Shown here: one piece after another, positions 37,016-49,223 of the stretch
Position numbering within the stretch: position 1 is the first letter of the stretch
Layout of the letters: each line of letters begins with the position of its first letter
Source: Narcine bancroftii
Taxonomy: Eukaryota
NCBI RefSeq assembly: GCF_036971445.1
Contig: NC_091480.1
Location: 11,098,001 to 11,162,000 of the forward strand
Direction of reading: 5' to 3'
DNA: 64,000 nucleotides
Notes under the pieces: generated by a model
Seen by the model: only the letters and a program-made list of their open reading frames with translations
Told to the model about the DNA's origin: nothing
Database searches by the model: none
Translations under genes and position numbers: made by a program

Positions 37016-38099
37016 GATACATTTTAAAAAATTTTAAATTTAGGCATACAGATTCTTTCGGCCCACGAGCCCAATTACACCCAATTAGCCTGCAACCTGG
37101 CTACATTTTGAATAGTGGGAGGAAACTGGTGTCCCTGAGGAAAACCCATGAAGACAGAGAGAGAACATACAAACTCCTTGCAGTCAACGTGGGACTTAAG
37201 CCCCAGTCCCAACTGCTGGTGCTATTACAACATTGCGCTAACCCACTATGCTAACCTGCACCACCACAAAGTGATCTAATTCACACTTTAATTTCAACTT
37301 TCTTAAATTCATTTCTTAAGTATAAGGAACATTGGTAAAGATGGTGATTCATGCAATTGTTACCCTGCTCTCAGCTAATGCAATGTATATTGCAATGCAA
37401 ATGGGAATTTTTGCCTTGATCGATGCGATCATATAAAAAATTACACATTTAAGACCGTGAGCTATAGCCCAAGGTGAATAATGATCTGAAAGGGAAACAA
37501 AAGCTGAAAATGGGACTTTGTCTCAAAATGCAGAAAGTACACATCATTCATCTCTGCATTGCTTGGTACATCCTAAAAAGGCCAACACCAAGGCACAAAA
37601 TGCTTTCAATTTAATTCCCATGAGCAGAGAAACAGGGACCACATTCCGAAAACAGGACAAAACCCAGAAAAGTGCAGAGTAGGAACAGATCCCTCAGCCC
37701 ACAAGCCTTTGTAGAATCATTATATCTAAATCAGTCTAAAACTGCGGCTCACAATTGATAGGCATCCCTCGGAACTGGGGTTCGAATCCTGCGTTATCTG
37801 TAAGGAGTTTGTATGTTTTTGTGGGTCCATCTCGAAGCCTTTTAAATGTTATAGTTGGACCTGGTTCACCACTACCCCATTCCAGACACCTATCATTCTC
37901 TGTATAAAATGCTTGCCCCACACACCCCCCTTGAACTTCTTCCCCCACCTTACCTCTAATATACTGCCTGCTGGTGGTTCTGTAATGGAAGTGTTCACAC
38001 CAATTTCTTCCTTGTAGACTTGAGAAGAATTCGATTCTTTTCCTTTTTCCCATCACTGATCAATGCAACAAACAATGAATCATGGTGGTTGTCATGGAA

Positions 38100-38575
38100 T
38101 CACACAACATGGAACAAGCCCTTCAGCCCAACTTGACCATACTGACCAAGTTGGCATTTTGGACTTGTCCTCCATTCGGCCCATATCCTTCTAAACCCTT
38201 CTTGTCCACGTCCATATATCTGTCCAAATGTCTTTCGGATGCCAAAATTGTACCCGCATCTATGGTTTCCTCTTTCAGCTCGTTCCAATTATGAACCACC
38301 CTCTTGAGTGAAAATCTTTCCCTTCTGGTCCCTCCTAAATTTCTCCCTTCTCACCTTAAACCATGGAACATTACAGCAGAGTAAGCAGGCCTTATGGCCC
38401 TTCTACTCTGTGCCCTCCAGTTCTATAGTCATCTACCCTGGGGGGAGAAACACTGTGGGCATACACATATGATGTTATAAACCTCAGTCACATTACCCCT
38501 CAGTCTCCAACACCCAAAGGAATAAATACCCAGCCTATCTAACCTCTCTTAATAACTTGAGCAGTCCTGGCAACC
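38100..38575 (-). mobile_element. CR1 LINE 3' fragment
   Basis: ttcactcaagagggtggtt and a ..gaagggcttgttccatgttgt tail on the minus strand. Confidence 0.65.
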
Positions 38576-38991
38576 TAGTTAATATCTAATTCAGTTGGAT
38601 CGGAAGACATCTGAGATTTCTGCAAACCATGAGTTTAAGTTAAGAACCCGTGCTTTCCAGAAATTAAAGGAGATCTGAAGATAAGAGTAGTACTTCTGAA
38701 ATTAGCAAACAGGCAGATGATCAGGCCAATCAAGGTGAGGAGTGTGGCAATTGTGCGATTGAGGCTGTTGAATTCTGGATGAGGGTTGAATGGGGCACAG
38801 AAAGTTAATGAAGTGGGTGTTGGCAAAATCTTGCCTTGGTGTCAAAGACTCAAAATTTAAGCACCAATAGGTATGAGGCAATAACATAAATGAACATTAT
38901 TAATGGGCTGAAAATAAGTGGCGTTGGTGACATGCAGTGCATAAAAGTCAGGTTGGTGTTCCCTATCCCTGGATTTACCAAGCAGACTGGT

Positions 38992-39257
38992 GGGGCAGCA
39001 CAGTTGGCGTAGCGGTCAGCGCAACACCTTTACAGCGCCAGCGATCAAGGCTTGGGTTTCAATCCCGCACTGCCTGTAAGGAGTTTGTATGTTCTCCCCG
39101 TGTCTGCCTGGGTTTTTGCTGAGAGCTCCAGTTTCCTCCCACCGTTTGAAACGTACCACCAGGGGTGGGAGTGGGGTTGTAGGGTTAATTGGGTGTAAAT
39201 TGACCCAAAATGGCCTGTTATCCTGCTGTATGTCTAAAAAAATTAAAATTTAAAAAA
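38992..39257 (+). mobile_element. HE1/V-SINE-like tRNA-derived SINE
   Basis: tRNA-like head with A/B-box remnants, core gtaaggagtttgtatgttctccccgtg, tail ggcctgttatcctgctgtatgtctaaa. Many copies in the window. Confidence 0.78.
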
Positions 39258-39342
39258 TAGTGGAAATATTCAAAGGTCAAAAGGCATCTGTGGAGGGACC
39301 AACTGGTTTAATGTCTCGGACTGATGGCATACTTCAAAAAAA

Positions 39343-39490
39343 TGCTGGAGAAACTCAGCAGGTCACACCCCATCTACAGGAAGTAAAGGGTAACCAATTT
39401 TTCGGGTCTGGGCTCTTCGTCAGGTGTGTTAGCCTTTGGTTACCCTTTGCTTCCCATGGATGCATCCTGACCTGCTGAGTTTCTCCAGCA
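39343..39490. mobile_element. Penelope-derived inverted-repeat element with a hammerhead-like loop
   Basis: ~55-bp inverted arms (tgctggagaaactcagcaggtca / tgacctgctgagtttctccagca). The loop reads CTGACGA..GAAA on the minus strand. Confidence 0.65.
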
Positions 39491-39661
39491 CCTTTCTGTA
39501 TTGCCCTTGAGCCCTGCACCCGCAGAGTTATTGGTTTAACTGGTGTGATTCATCGCGGGGTTTTGCTCAGTTGCTTTGCGTTCTTTCAAAATGGACAGTA
39601 GGGAAGGGAGCTAAAAAGGGCACCCTTTGTAGCGATCGTTGGCAATGCCTGATCTGTTTAG

Positions 39662-39761
39662 GTACAGCTGCAGCAGATTTCTTTTCCTCATCCGGGATTC
39701 CGTGAAAGATCGGCAGTTGGGTAGCATGGCAAATAACAACAGGATCAACGGTTTTGGTGCA
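39662..39761 (+). other. Candidate exon (100 nt) with a possible start codon (MANNNRINGFGA)
   Basis: Acceptor ctgatctgtttag|G, donor GCA|gtgagt, Kozak-like AGCATGG at 39723-39729, retained CpGs. Confidence 0.35.
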
Positions 39762-41149
39762 GTGAGTGAAGGAAGGAGCATCAATGGCAGAAGTGGAGGA
39801 CAGTTGCTGCAATGATTTAACTGAGATGTAGGACTTGGATAGGGAATAGGCAAAAACTAAGAGAGAAACTCTGGAAAACCAGGAGCCAATGAGTGACAGT
39901 AGGGAAGGTGATGCAGATGACACATCTCACCCCTGTCACACTCTCTTCTCACCCTCTCTTTGGGCAGAAGTTGCACAAGTTTGTAAGAACACCTCCAGAT
40001 TCAGGGACAGTTTCCTGCTGTTATCAGACCCTTGAATAGACCTCCCATTAGTATAAGGTGATGTCTTGCCACCAAACCTTTCTCCTTGACACTCTACAGG
40101 GAATCAAGGGGCATCAGAGCAACTGTGGGGCAGGCAACAGTGTACCTTCGCAAAATAACCCCTATGGCAGGGACGGCCAATGAGTCAAAATAAACGGTGA
40201 CAAGGTGGTCTCGCAAGACCTGGCCTTGGTGGCCGCCATGTTGTATAATTGAGAGCGAATGCTCGGACTATGAAGGAGGACGAGTACCGGTACCAGTTGT
40301 GGAAGAAACAGGTGTGTTCCTTGTATGTCTGGAGTAGCGCTCAGCTTGGGGTGGGGGGGGGGTTTGGGCCTCCCTTCAAGTGGCACCCTGGGCACTTGCC
40401 ATTGGTGGGGGGGGGCACAATAACTCATTTGGGGGTGGGGGTGCATGGCCCACAAATGCCCCTTCCCAAAACGCCAACCTTGACACTATACCCTGCATTT
40501 TTTGTTTTCAATCTTTCCTACCTGTTGCACAATGCAGAGGTTAACTTGCCTGGATAGCACACAGGACAAAGCTTTTTGACTGTATCTTGATATGCGTGAT
40601 CATAAACAATTCAATTATTGTGTTGAGAAAACAAATGCAGGAGAATAATATAGCACCAACATGATTCAACACCCTGCAGAGAGCATGCATGAGGTTGAAG
40701 TAACTGAGAGAGTGTAGCAGTGCAAGAGAAAGGGACATAATAATACTTGTATTAATCCAATCGTCAAAGTAAACCATTAAAAATTGAAACATATAATCAA
40801 TTCCATTAGATAAAAGAGGCACTTTAAGGTTGAAAGAAATGGTTTCAGATAATGGGGTTTTTTGAAAGGAGTTAGAGCTAATTATAGGTTGACGTGTTAC
40901 CAGCTGACCCAATTAACTTCCTAGTGGAATAGTGGAGAGTAAACAAGAAACTTGGAGCCAAAAAGTTTATGTATATATCAATACCCTTATGTGATGAGAA
41001 ACCCACCAACCCCATTCCTCTTTGGAGGGTGGGAGGAATCCTGAGCACCCAGAGGAATTCCACGCAGGTCACGGGGGAATATTCAAACCTACAGACAACT
41101 GGAATTCAAATTCAAACCCAGGTTGCCAGGGCTGTAATAACATGGTAAC

Positions 41150-41825
41150 CACTTGGGAGTCACTTTCTTGGAGGATCCTTCCTCAACCCAACACACTAAT
41201 GGCATCATGAGGAAAGCATGTCAGCGCTTTTACTTCCTCAGGAGTTTGAGGAGGTTTGGTATTTCATCAGAAACCCTGGCAAATTTCTCCAGATGTGTGG
41301 TGGAAAGTGTGCCTTCTGGTATGGTCTGATCCGCAGACACCCTTACCCCTGAGCGTCAAGCCCTGAAAAATGTAGTGGACGCAGCCCAGGACATTACAGG
41401 CAAAATCCTCCCCACTAATGAGTACATCAACAGGGAACGCTGCCGTCGGAAAGCAGCCGCCATCATCAAGGATCCACATCAAGGATCCAAATCAAGGATC
41501 TGATCATCAAGGATCTGTTCTCGCTGCTGCCATCAGGAAAGAGGTGTTAGTGCCACAAGACCCGCACCACCAGGTTCAGGAACAGCTGCTCCCCCTCCAC
41601 CATCAGACTCCTCAATGACAAACTCAATCAGAGACTCATTTAAGGATTCTTACATTTTTGCACTTAACTGAACTTATTCCTCTCTGTATTGCACACATGC
41701 ACATTGTGTACAGTTTATTTTTTTTGTTGTACCAATTAGGGGTAATTCTGCTGTGCCCACAGGCAAAAGAATCTCAGGGTTGTTTGTAACGTCATGTATG
41801 TTCTCTGACAATAAACCTGAAATCT
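41150..41825 (+). mobile_element. Rex1/Babar-like LINE 3' fragment
   Basis: Colinear with 30800-31370. Contains a short internal (atcaaggatc)-type tandem repeat at 41461-41515. Confidence 0.8.
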
Positions 41826-42059
41826 ACACTAGCCGCACCATTCGAGTGAAGAGTCAAATGTAATAACTCAATTTTGCAGTCTATTCTATGTCAAATTTCT
41901 TCTGGAAATGGTGAATCCTTCAAACAATTGAAATTCCAAAGCACTTTGCAATTTTTTTTAACTTAATTTGCCGCAAGCAAAAATGAAACTAGAACTTCGC
42001 TGTTAATAAGATTAGAGAAATGGCGAGGGAATGCAAAGGTCTCCGACCTGATATTGTCA

Positions 42060-42380
42060 TGAAGCCAGTTGGTAGCCTTGTTGGCTCCGAGTCACGTTAG
42101 GTCAAATGATTAATCGAAGGTTCCCTCTGCATTTTTGGGTGGGTGTTAAATAACCCATGGCGTCATGAGTAAGAGGAGGTGCCCTGACTTAAATCAACAG
42201 CACTCAAATCCCCTCGTGATTTGATAGCTGCTGCAGTTTCTGGAAGTTGAATGTACACTAATTGGCTGCTGCACTTTCCCATGTGTTTTGCAACAACACT
42301 TCAAACATGTTTTATTGGCTACAAGCTGCTTTGGGCTGTTTCTAAGACATGTTAAGCACTATGGAAATGCAAGTCCTTTA
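42060..42380 (+). mobile_element. Old Deu-domain SINE (SacSINE1/AmnSINE-like)
   Basis: aattggctgctgcactttccc..acacttcaaa..attggctacaagctgctttggg..aaatgcaagt resembles the DeuSINE 3' region. Confidence 0.6.
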
Positions 42381-44599
42381 ATTCTGTATCATCCCTCAAG
42401 TGTCCCGCCCATGGGGTCCCTTAACAGGTCCTTTTTAATTTCCCCTCAAGGAGACGCACAGCTGGCACAGGAGAAGCAGTGTGACATTTTGAGATGTTTA
42501 TCGGAATGATACACCGAGGAATTCCTGCAACATCCTCTCTGAATCTCACACAAGTCCAATCTTGCATGGAAGGCCACAAAGAGATTTATGGCACAAAAGT
42601 GGTATCAGGTGTTGGGTTATCAGTGGCATTTCAACAAAGCATTCTTACAGATTTTACACAATTTATCCTCATTCATGAGTTTATTATTAAGATCAGAATA
42701 TGTTCAGCATACTGAAAACATCAGTGGATTGAGAAATCAGTAGAACTACAAAGATAATTGAACAAAACCTCTAGATGCGACCTAGGAAAGTTGAATTGGG
42801 TTCCGTCAGGGTTGACCAGGTCAGACCCTTTCTAACTGCTGCAATAACTGGGGCACTCACTGGGCAATTTGCCCAGTTAACCCGATTTTACATGGCAGTT
42901 TGTACATCCTGCCTGGGTTTAACTTCCCAAAATGCATTACTTCTCACTGGCCTGAGTTGACTTCCTTTTGGCTGCTTTCCCAATATTCAAGGTATTTTAT
43001 GTTTATTTCAGAGCTTGGACCAACTTCAAGATGAGTAAAATTTGCAAGGCTGGAAAAATTCCTTTCGAGGCAATTTTCGAAGCTGTGGGGAAAATTCCTT
43101 TTGTAAGATTGTGGTTTCTATATTATTAATATACTGGGAATTAGGTTGCAAGTTAACCTAACAGGATTAAAATTAGAAAGGCCCTTTTTGCCAACACATG
43201 TATAGATCAATGCCTGCTAGGAAGGTTTTGTGGCACAGCACTTTGTGTTGTCTCTCACAACATCAGGGACCCGTGCTTGTACGTTCCCTCCTTCAACCTA
43301 GAGGTGCGTGTTTTCAAGCTGGTGTATCTTCTGCCTGAAAGGAGTTGGGAAGAAGAGAGTGTTACCGGGGGAGGTAGAATTTAATTTAAGTTAGAGACAC
43401 AACAGCACGGTAACAGGCCTTTCCGGCCCATGACCCCGTGCCACTCAAATACACCCACGTCCAATTAACCCACTCACCCTGGATGCCTTTAGAATATGGG
43501 GGGGGGGATTGGTGGAATTGGAGCACCAGTGGAAACCCACACAGTCACGGGGAGAATACGTAAACTCCCCACAAACAGCGGCACCGGTTTGCAGTCCCTG
43601 AATAACAGCATGCAAACCGTGCCACCCCAAAAGGAACAAAGAGCAGTTAAAAGAGACAAAATAAAAGAGTGCTAGAGGCTGGGCATCTCCCCTCAACACT
43701 TGCAGCTCAAAAAAGTGTCCCAGTCCGCAACATTTCTCTCCAATGGATGGTTCCCTGATCTATCGAGTCCCTCCAGCCCTATGATTATTTGCTGAAGAAA
43801 ACTAATGGCACTCACGAGTATGTCACGGAAATCAATTTTGAGACAGTCAAGAAGGATTTCAAACATATGAGCACCTTTGAAACAAACCATAGTAGAGATT
43901 AAAGAACCAAGTCTGTCCGGGTCGGTAGCAGAACTTCGAGCACCATCAAGCTAAGACTGCCACACCTCAGGCCTGCCCAGTCCTGTTAATGCTGCTGATC
44001 CATGCCTGTGTGTATCCAGAGCCCCTCACTGGTCCACTGCCATGGTCAGCATGTTTGGGGTTGTCTCCTCTAATGGGGGAGGGAGGGTGTTCTCTTTTTC
44101 TGGTGCCCTAGTCCACTGCTCCCCCAGAGACTGCAATCCCTTGTGTCTGCTGCCAAAAATAAGCGCCACCATCTTGGGCCCAGACCCTATGGTCACATGG
44201 TTTTAAATAAAACACAGTCAGCTCCTTTAAGAGGCTATTTAGAGCCTGTATGGAACCATCAGCAGATGGACTGGGTGGTTGAACTCTTCGGGATAGCACT
44301 GCATCTCTGCTCCCCACTCTCCCCCGGACCAGACCAGTGGCCGCGCTGCCCTTAAAGCAGCTTGGGCAGTGCCACCATTTTTTTGGTGACTAGACTTCTA
44401 TTTCAATTTGTTACGTATCAATTTGCCTCCACATTTATGTTGTTCCAACTGCCTGTGTTGTAAAGTAATTCTTTCCTTGGTCTGTTCCTTTGTTTTCTCA
44501 ACTTGTCCCTCTTTACAACCTAAAACCCATTGGTTCCCACTCTTTCCCTGGTCCGATGAAGGTCTGTTGTCCTGAAACATTGCATCTGCTACTTAGAAT

Positions 44600-45045
44600 C
44601 ATAGAACCAAAGAACATTACAGCACCAAAACAGGCCCCTCTGACCTTCTAGTCTGTGCCCAACTATTATTTAGCCTAGTCCCACTGACTTGCACTCAGTC
44701 CATAGCCCTCCAAACCCATGTACCTGTCCAAATTCTTCTTAAACGTTAAAACTGAGTGTGCAAACACCACTTTAGCTGGCAGCTCGTTCCACACTCTCAC
44801 CGCTCTCTATGTGAAGGTTCCTCTAGTATTTCCCCTTTCACCCTTAACCCATATCCTCTGGTTTGTATCTCACTTACTCTCAGTGGAAAAAAGCCGACCT
44901 ACATTTTCTCTGTCTATACTGCTCAGAATTTTAAATACCTCTATTCCTCGTTCTTCTTCGCTCCAGGGAATAAAGTCCTAAACTGTTCTCTGCAACTCAG
45001 TTCCTGAAGTCTGAGCAACATCCTAGTAAATCTTCTCTGCCCCCA
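44600..45045 (-). mobile_element. CR1 LINE 3' fragment
   Basis: atagaaccaaagaacattacagcacc.. tail and ggcagctcgttccacactctcacc, typical of antisense CR1. Confidence 0.7.
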
Positions 45046-45313
45046 AACATTATTCCCTCATGAATACATTACTGCCTGTGGGATCTTCCTGTGTACCAAT
45101 TGGCTCTATGATTCCTGCATTACACTCCAACTAATCTACCCTGAGGCATGCTGAGCTTTGTACAGTGCTACTCAAATGTAAGTCTTGCTTATCCTGCACA
45201 CTCTCACCGACATTCACTGAGGTTTTCACAGTGAGCTGAAACCTTCTAAATCAAAGGAGATACAGTTCTGTCGAAGCCAAAAGGGTCACCTCTCTTTTTC
45301 TTTTGTCACAGTG

Positions 45314-45948
45314 TTCTCTTTCTTCTCTTTGGCTTGGCTTCGTGGACGAAGACTTATGGAGGGGTAATGTCCACGTCAGCTGCAGGCTCGTTTGTGGCTG
45401 ACAAGTCCGATGCGGGACCGGCAGACACGGTTGCAGCGGTTGCAGGGGAAAATTGGTCAGTTGGGTTTGGGTGTTGGGTTTTTCCTCCTTTGTCTTTTGT
45501 CAGTGAGGTGGGCTCTGCGGTCTTCTTCAAAGGAGGTTGCTGCCCGCCGAACTGTGAGGCGCCAAGATGCACGGTTTGAGGCGATATCAGCCCACTGGCA
45601 GTGGTCAATGTGGCAGGCACCAAGAGATTTCTTTAGGCAGTCCTTGTACCTCTTCTTTGGTACACCTCTGTCACTGTTATATTGGGATCTTGGGAAGGCG
45701 ATGGTCCTCCATTCTGGAGACGTGACCTACCCACCGCAGTTGGATCTTCAGCAGCGTGGATTCGATGCTGTCGGCCTCTGCCATCTCGAGTACTTCGATG
45801 TTCCGGATGGAGCGGAGACAACGCTGGTGGAAGCGTTCTAGGAGCCGTAGGTGATGCCGGTAGAGGACCCATGATTCGGAGCTGAACAGGAGTGTGGGTA
45901 TGACAATGGCTCTGTATATGCTAATCTTTGTGAGGTTTTTCAGTTGGT
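45314..45948 (-). mobile_element. RTE-clade LINE 3' fragment with internal deletions
   Basis: Reverse complement of ~49620-50300 with two gaps. Encodes NLTKISIYRAIVIPTLLFSSESW. Confidence 0.93.
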
Positions 45949-46320
45949 AATTATAATCAACAAGTCCCAGGATCCAGGCAAACACCAAGGAATTTGGTGA
46001 AGCTTTCTTTAGGATGGCGAAGGCACCAAGTACGCTAATTAGGATTTCCATGTCTAATGTCAAGGAAAACTCAATCCTGCATCAACAACCCCAGGTGCAT
46101 TGGAGTACACTGCAGGGAAGTCCTTGCTAACCTTGCAGCCACACAATAAAATGAGTTTGTATGCCATGCTACAACAAAGCAAGATATTCTCCACTCAATT
46201 AAATACCTGTACCACAACACACACAAGAGTGCATCATTGCCAAACATTTAAACCACAACTCCTGGAACATCTCGCACAGAAAGACAGAGCGTTCAGCCCA
46301 ATAGGCTGTGCTGGTGATAA

Positions 46321-47075
46321 CACTAGACCACAATTTTTTTCCACAAAAAGTTTGTTTCGTGAAAATAATTGGGGATTATGATAGACAACTTCAATATGAA
46401 CTCAAAGACAATTTCAGATTTTCTGTATCATATAGGAAGTTGAAGAAACATTAAGTTAGCTTTTATTGAATTTACCATGTTTAATCACATTGTGTTCGTT
46501 CAACTGACCTAATAATGTTTTACCACTGATTTTTGTTTTTACTCTGCATCTGATGCCTCTTATCTCAGTGAACAACAACAGTCGGCCAGTATTGATAGAT
46601 TCCCATTGTCCTAATACAGCTCTTCCATGGTCGCCATGTCCTGGTGAACCCTTTCATCATGTTCATTACTGACTGCATCAAGATCAGCAGGAATCTTCCT
46701 GAAGGCAATAAATACTATTGTTAAGTCCATTTACTCTGCTGTTGCCTAAAGAACACATGTATCAACATAGGTTCAATCTACATCAATGTAATGCACAGCA
46801 TCTGTATATGTGAGCTGCTTTTATGGTCTGTCTGCATCTATCCTGACGAAGCATACACAAGCCCAAGACATTTGCATAGCACCTGTACTGAGTACCTGCC
46901 CAGGAATGCTTGGACTGACCAAAACAGCTCACTTTATGGGCAATATAACAGTAGACTTAAAATATGACAGGAAAGCACAGAAATAGGTAATATCTAAAAA
47001 ACAGTACATGATAGGAAATTTTTTAAGTGATTTTCATGACGAGCTGCCCAACTTCTATAACATACACTCAAATTC
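46321..47075 (-). mobile_element. Chapaev3-like DNA transposon deletion derivative
   Basis: Terminus CACTAGACCAC at 46321. Minus strand ~46540-46700 encodes PADLDAVSNEHDERVHQDMATMEELY*..SILADCC, a decayed version of the GAVSDEHGERFHQDI transposase motif. Confidence 0.72.
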
Positions 47076-47809
47076 TTCCTTTTCTTGTGTAATGCTCCAT
47101 TCAATCCTTCACACACTTAATCTCATTCTGTCAGGTTATCCTTTCATCTTTTTCATTTTCCAAGAAACTTTCTGGCTTCCTTAAAATGAAAAGAAGCGAG
47201 GCTGTAATGTCAAAAGAAGATCAAAGAGAGAGCCTTTGGCTGCCTTGGAACACTCTCCTGACCCTTCCCTGCAGGAGGTGGTGACAAGATACTCGAGGTT
47301 GGCATCCAGCAGTCTGGCACATCTAGTAGTTGTAATTACCCGCAGCCTGGCACATCCTCATTGATGGGCTGGAGGAGAGTGAAAGATGTATCAACAGTTG
47401 ATAGGCTATTATTTATTTTACTTTTATCAACCTCAATACATTGCTTGCCCTTTGTATGTTTTTTGTATAAAAAGTTTATCAGATCATTAAGTTATTTATT
47501 TGCCCTATTGATATATAAAGTGTTCTTTATTATTCTGCCAATAACATTAGCATTTAATTTGGTGTTAGCTGGCTGTACTGATTCACCAGTTATCATAGTC
47601 AAACTGGTTTGATAAACAATTATACATCACTGGAACAAAGAATTACAAGAATCAAATCTCATGCAGAACGACCACCCACTACTCCTCTGCATTGCGATGA
47701 ACCAGGTAGTTATTTTCACATTCTCTGGCAGTAACAATTGCATGATTTCAACATCTCTAACATCTGCAGTCAAGAGAAATTCTGACAACAATCTTGGGGT
47801 TTGAGTTGT

Positions 47810-48640
47810 TCAGCCATAGTCTGCCAAGGACACCTCGTTCTTGCTCCTCCCCTCTCCATCTTCTGCAGGGACCTCTCCCTCCGTGACTCCCTCGTCCACT
47901 CTTCCCTTCTCACCCATCACCCTCTTGGCACCTACCCTTGCGATCGCAGGAGGTACTCCACCTGCGCCCCACACCTCCTCCCTCACCACCATTCGGGGCT
48001 CCAAACAGCACTTCCATGTGAAGCAATGCTTCACTTGCGAATCTGCAGGGGTCACCTACTGCAACTGGTGCTCCCATTATGGTCTCCTCTACATAGGAGA
48101 CACTGGGTGCAGACTGGGAGATCACCTTTTTGAGCACCTCGGCTCTGACTACCACAACAGCGTGAACCTCCCAGTGGCCACCTTATTTCAAATCCCCACC
48201 CCATTCCCTTGCTGACATTTCTGTTCATGGCTTCTTGCACTACCAGACTGACACCACCCATAAATAGGAGGAACAACACTTCATATTCCACCTTCCAACT
48301 GATGGCATTAACACTGAGTTCTCTGGTTTCTGTTAGCCACCCCTCTCCCACCTTTATCTGACTGTCTACCCCTTTTCCCTCTGTCTCCTTTCCCCGAGCT
48401 CTACTTCCATAGAGCCCCAAACAACCCTCAGCCAATTCTCAACTTTCCTCTCTCCTGTGTCCCATCCACATCCAATTAATCGTCTACTGGGCTGTACTCC
48501 TCCACCTGCCCATCCCTCCCCAGCCTTTTAAATTGGGTGCCTCCTGGGTTTTACTCACACCTGAAAGAAGGTCTCAGGTCTGAAATGTCGGTAATAAATC
48601 TTTATCTCCTGCGGATGCTGCAAGAGCCTGCTGAGTTTTC
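47810..48640 (+). mobile_element. Penelope-like element fragment with a decayed GIY-YIG endonuclease region
   Basis: Encodes CRDLSLRDSLVHSS..GTYPC and FHVKQCFTCESAGVTYCNWCSHYGLLYIGDTGCRLGDHLFEHL, followed by a pyrimidine-rich region and a pLTR-type tail. Confidence 0.85.
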
Positions 48641-49223
48641 ATTCAATTACCTGGGTGTTTTTTTTTAAATGCTGGGCAGATCATGAGCTTAATAAGAAAA
48701 GGTTCAAAGTGTAGAAACAAAACTTCTTAGAAAGGTTTCAATGTGAAGAAAAATTAAGCGGAATGGTTTGCTGGAAGTGAAAATGGCTGTCATGCAAAGT
48801 TAACATCTAAAGTCCTCAGGCCGGGTGGCCCAAAGTCTGACGATTTCATTCCTCCCCCCCCCCACCCCCACGGATGCTGCTCAATCTGCTGAATTTCTCC
48901 TGCAGGTTGTTTGTTTGCATGCAAAGTTATGGAATAGCCACATAGACGTCAGTCTACCTGCTGGGTGCCACATGACCTGCTGAGTTTCCCCAGCACACCT
49001 GTGGAGCACACATCCATAGGTGCACAAGCCTAGTCAAAGACCAACTGAGGGAATGTATTCTCACAGCTTTGGGGTGGGACGAGGTGGCTGAGAATCGAAA
49101 AGTACTGAGTAGCATATGAGGAGAAGAGATCGCAGGTCCACAGATCTCCTTGTAACTATTCACACCTTCCTGGCTGATAAACAAATTGTTTGGTAAAGTA
49201 ATTGCTTTTACTGTTAGACTATA

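Noticed and set aside
39567-39923. 118-aa and 80-aa minus-strand ORFs
   Set aside because: No homology recognised; splice signals favour the + strand candidate instead.
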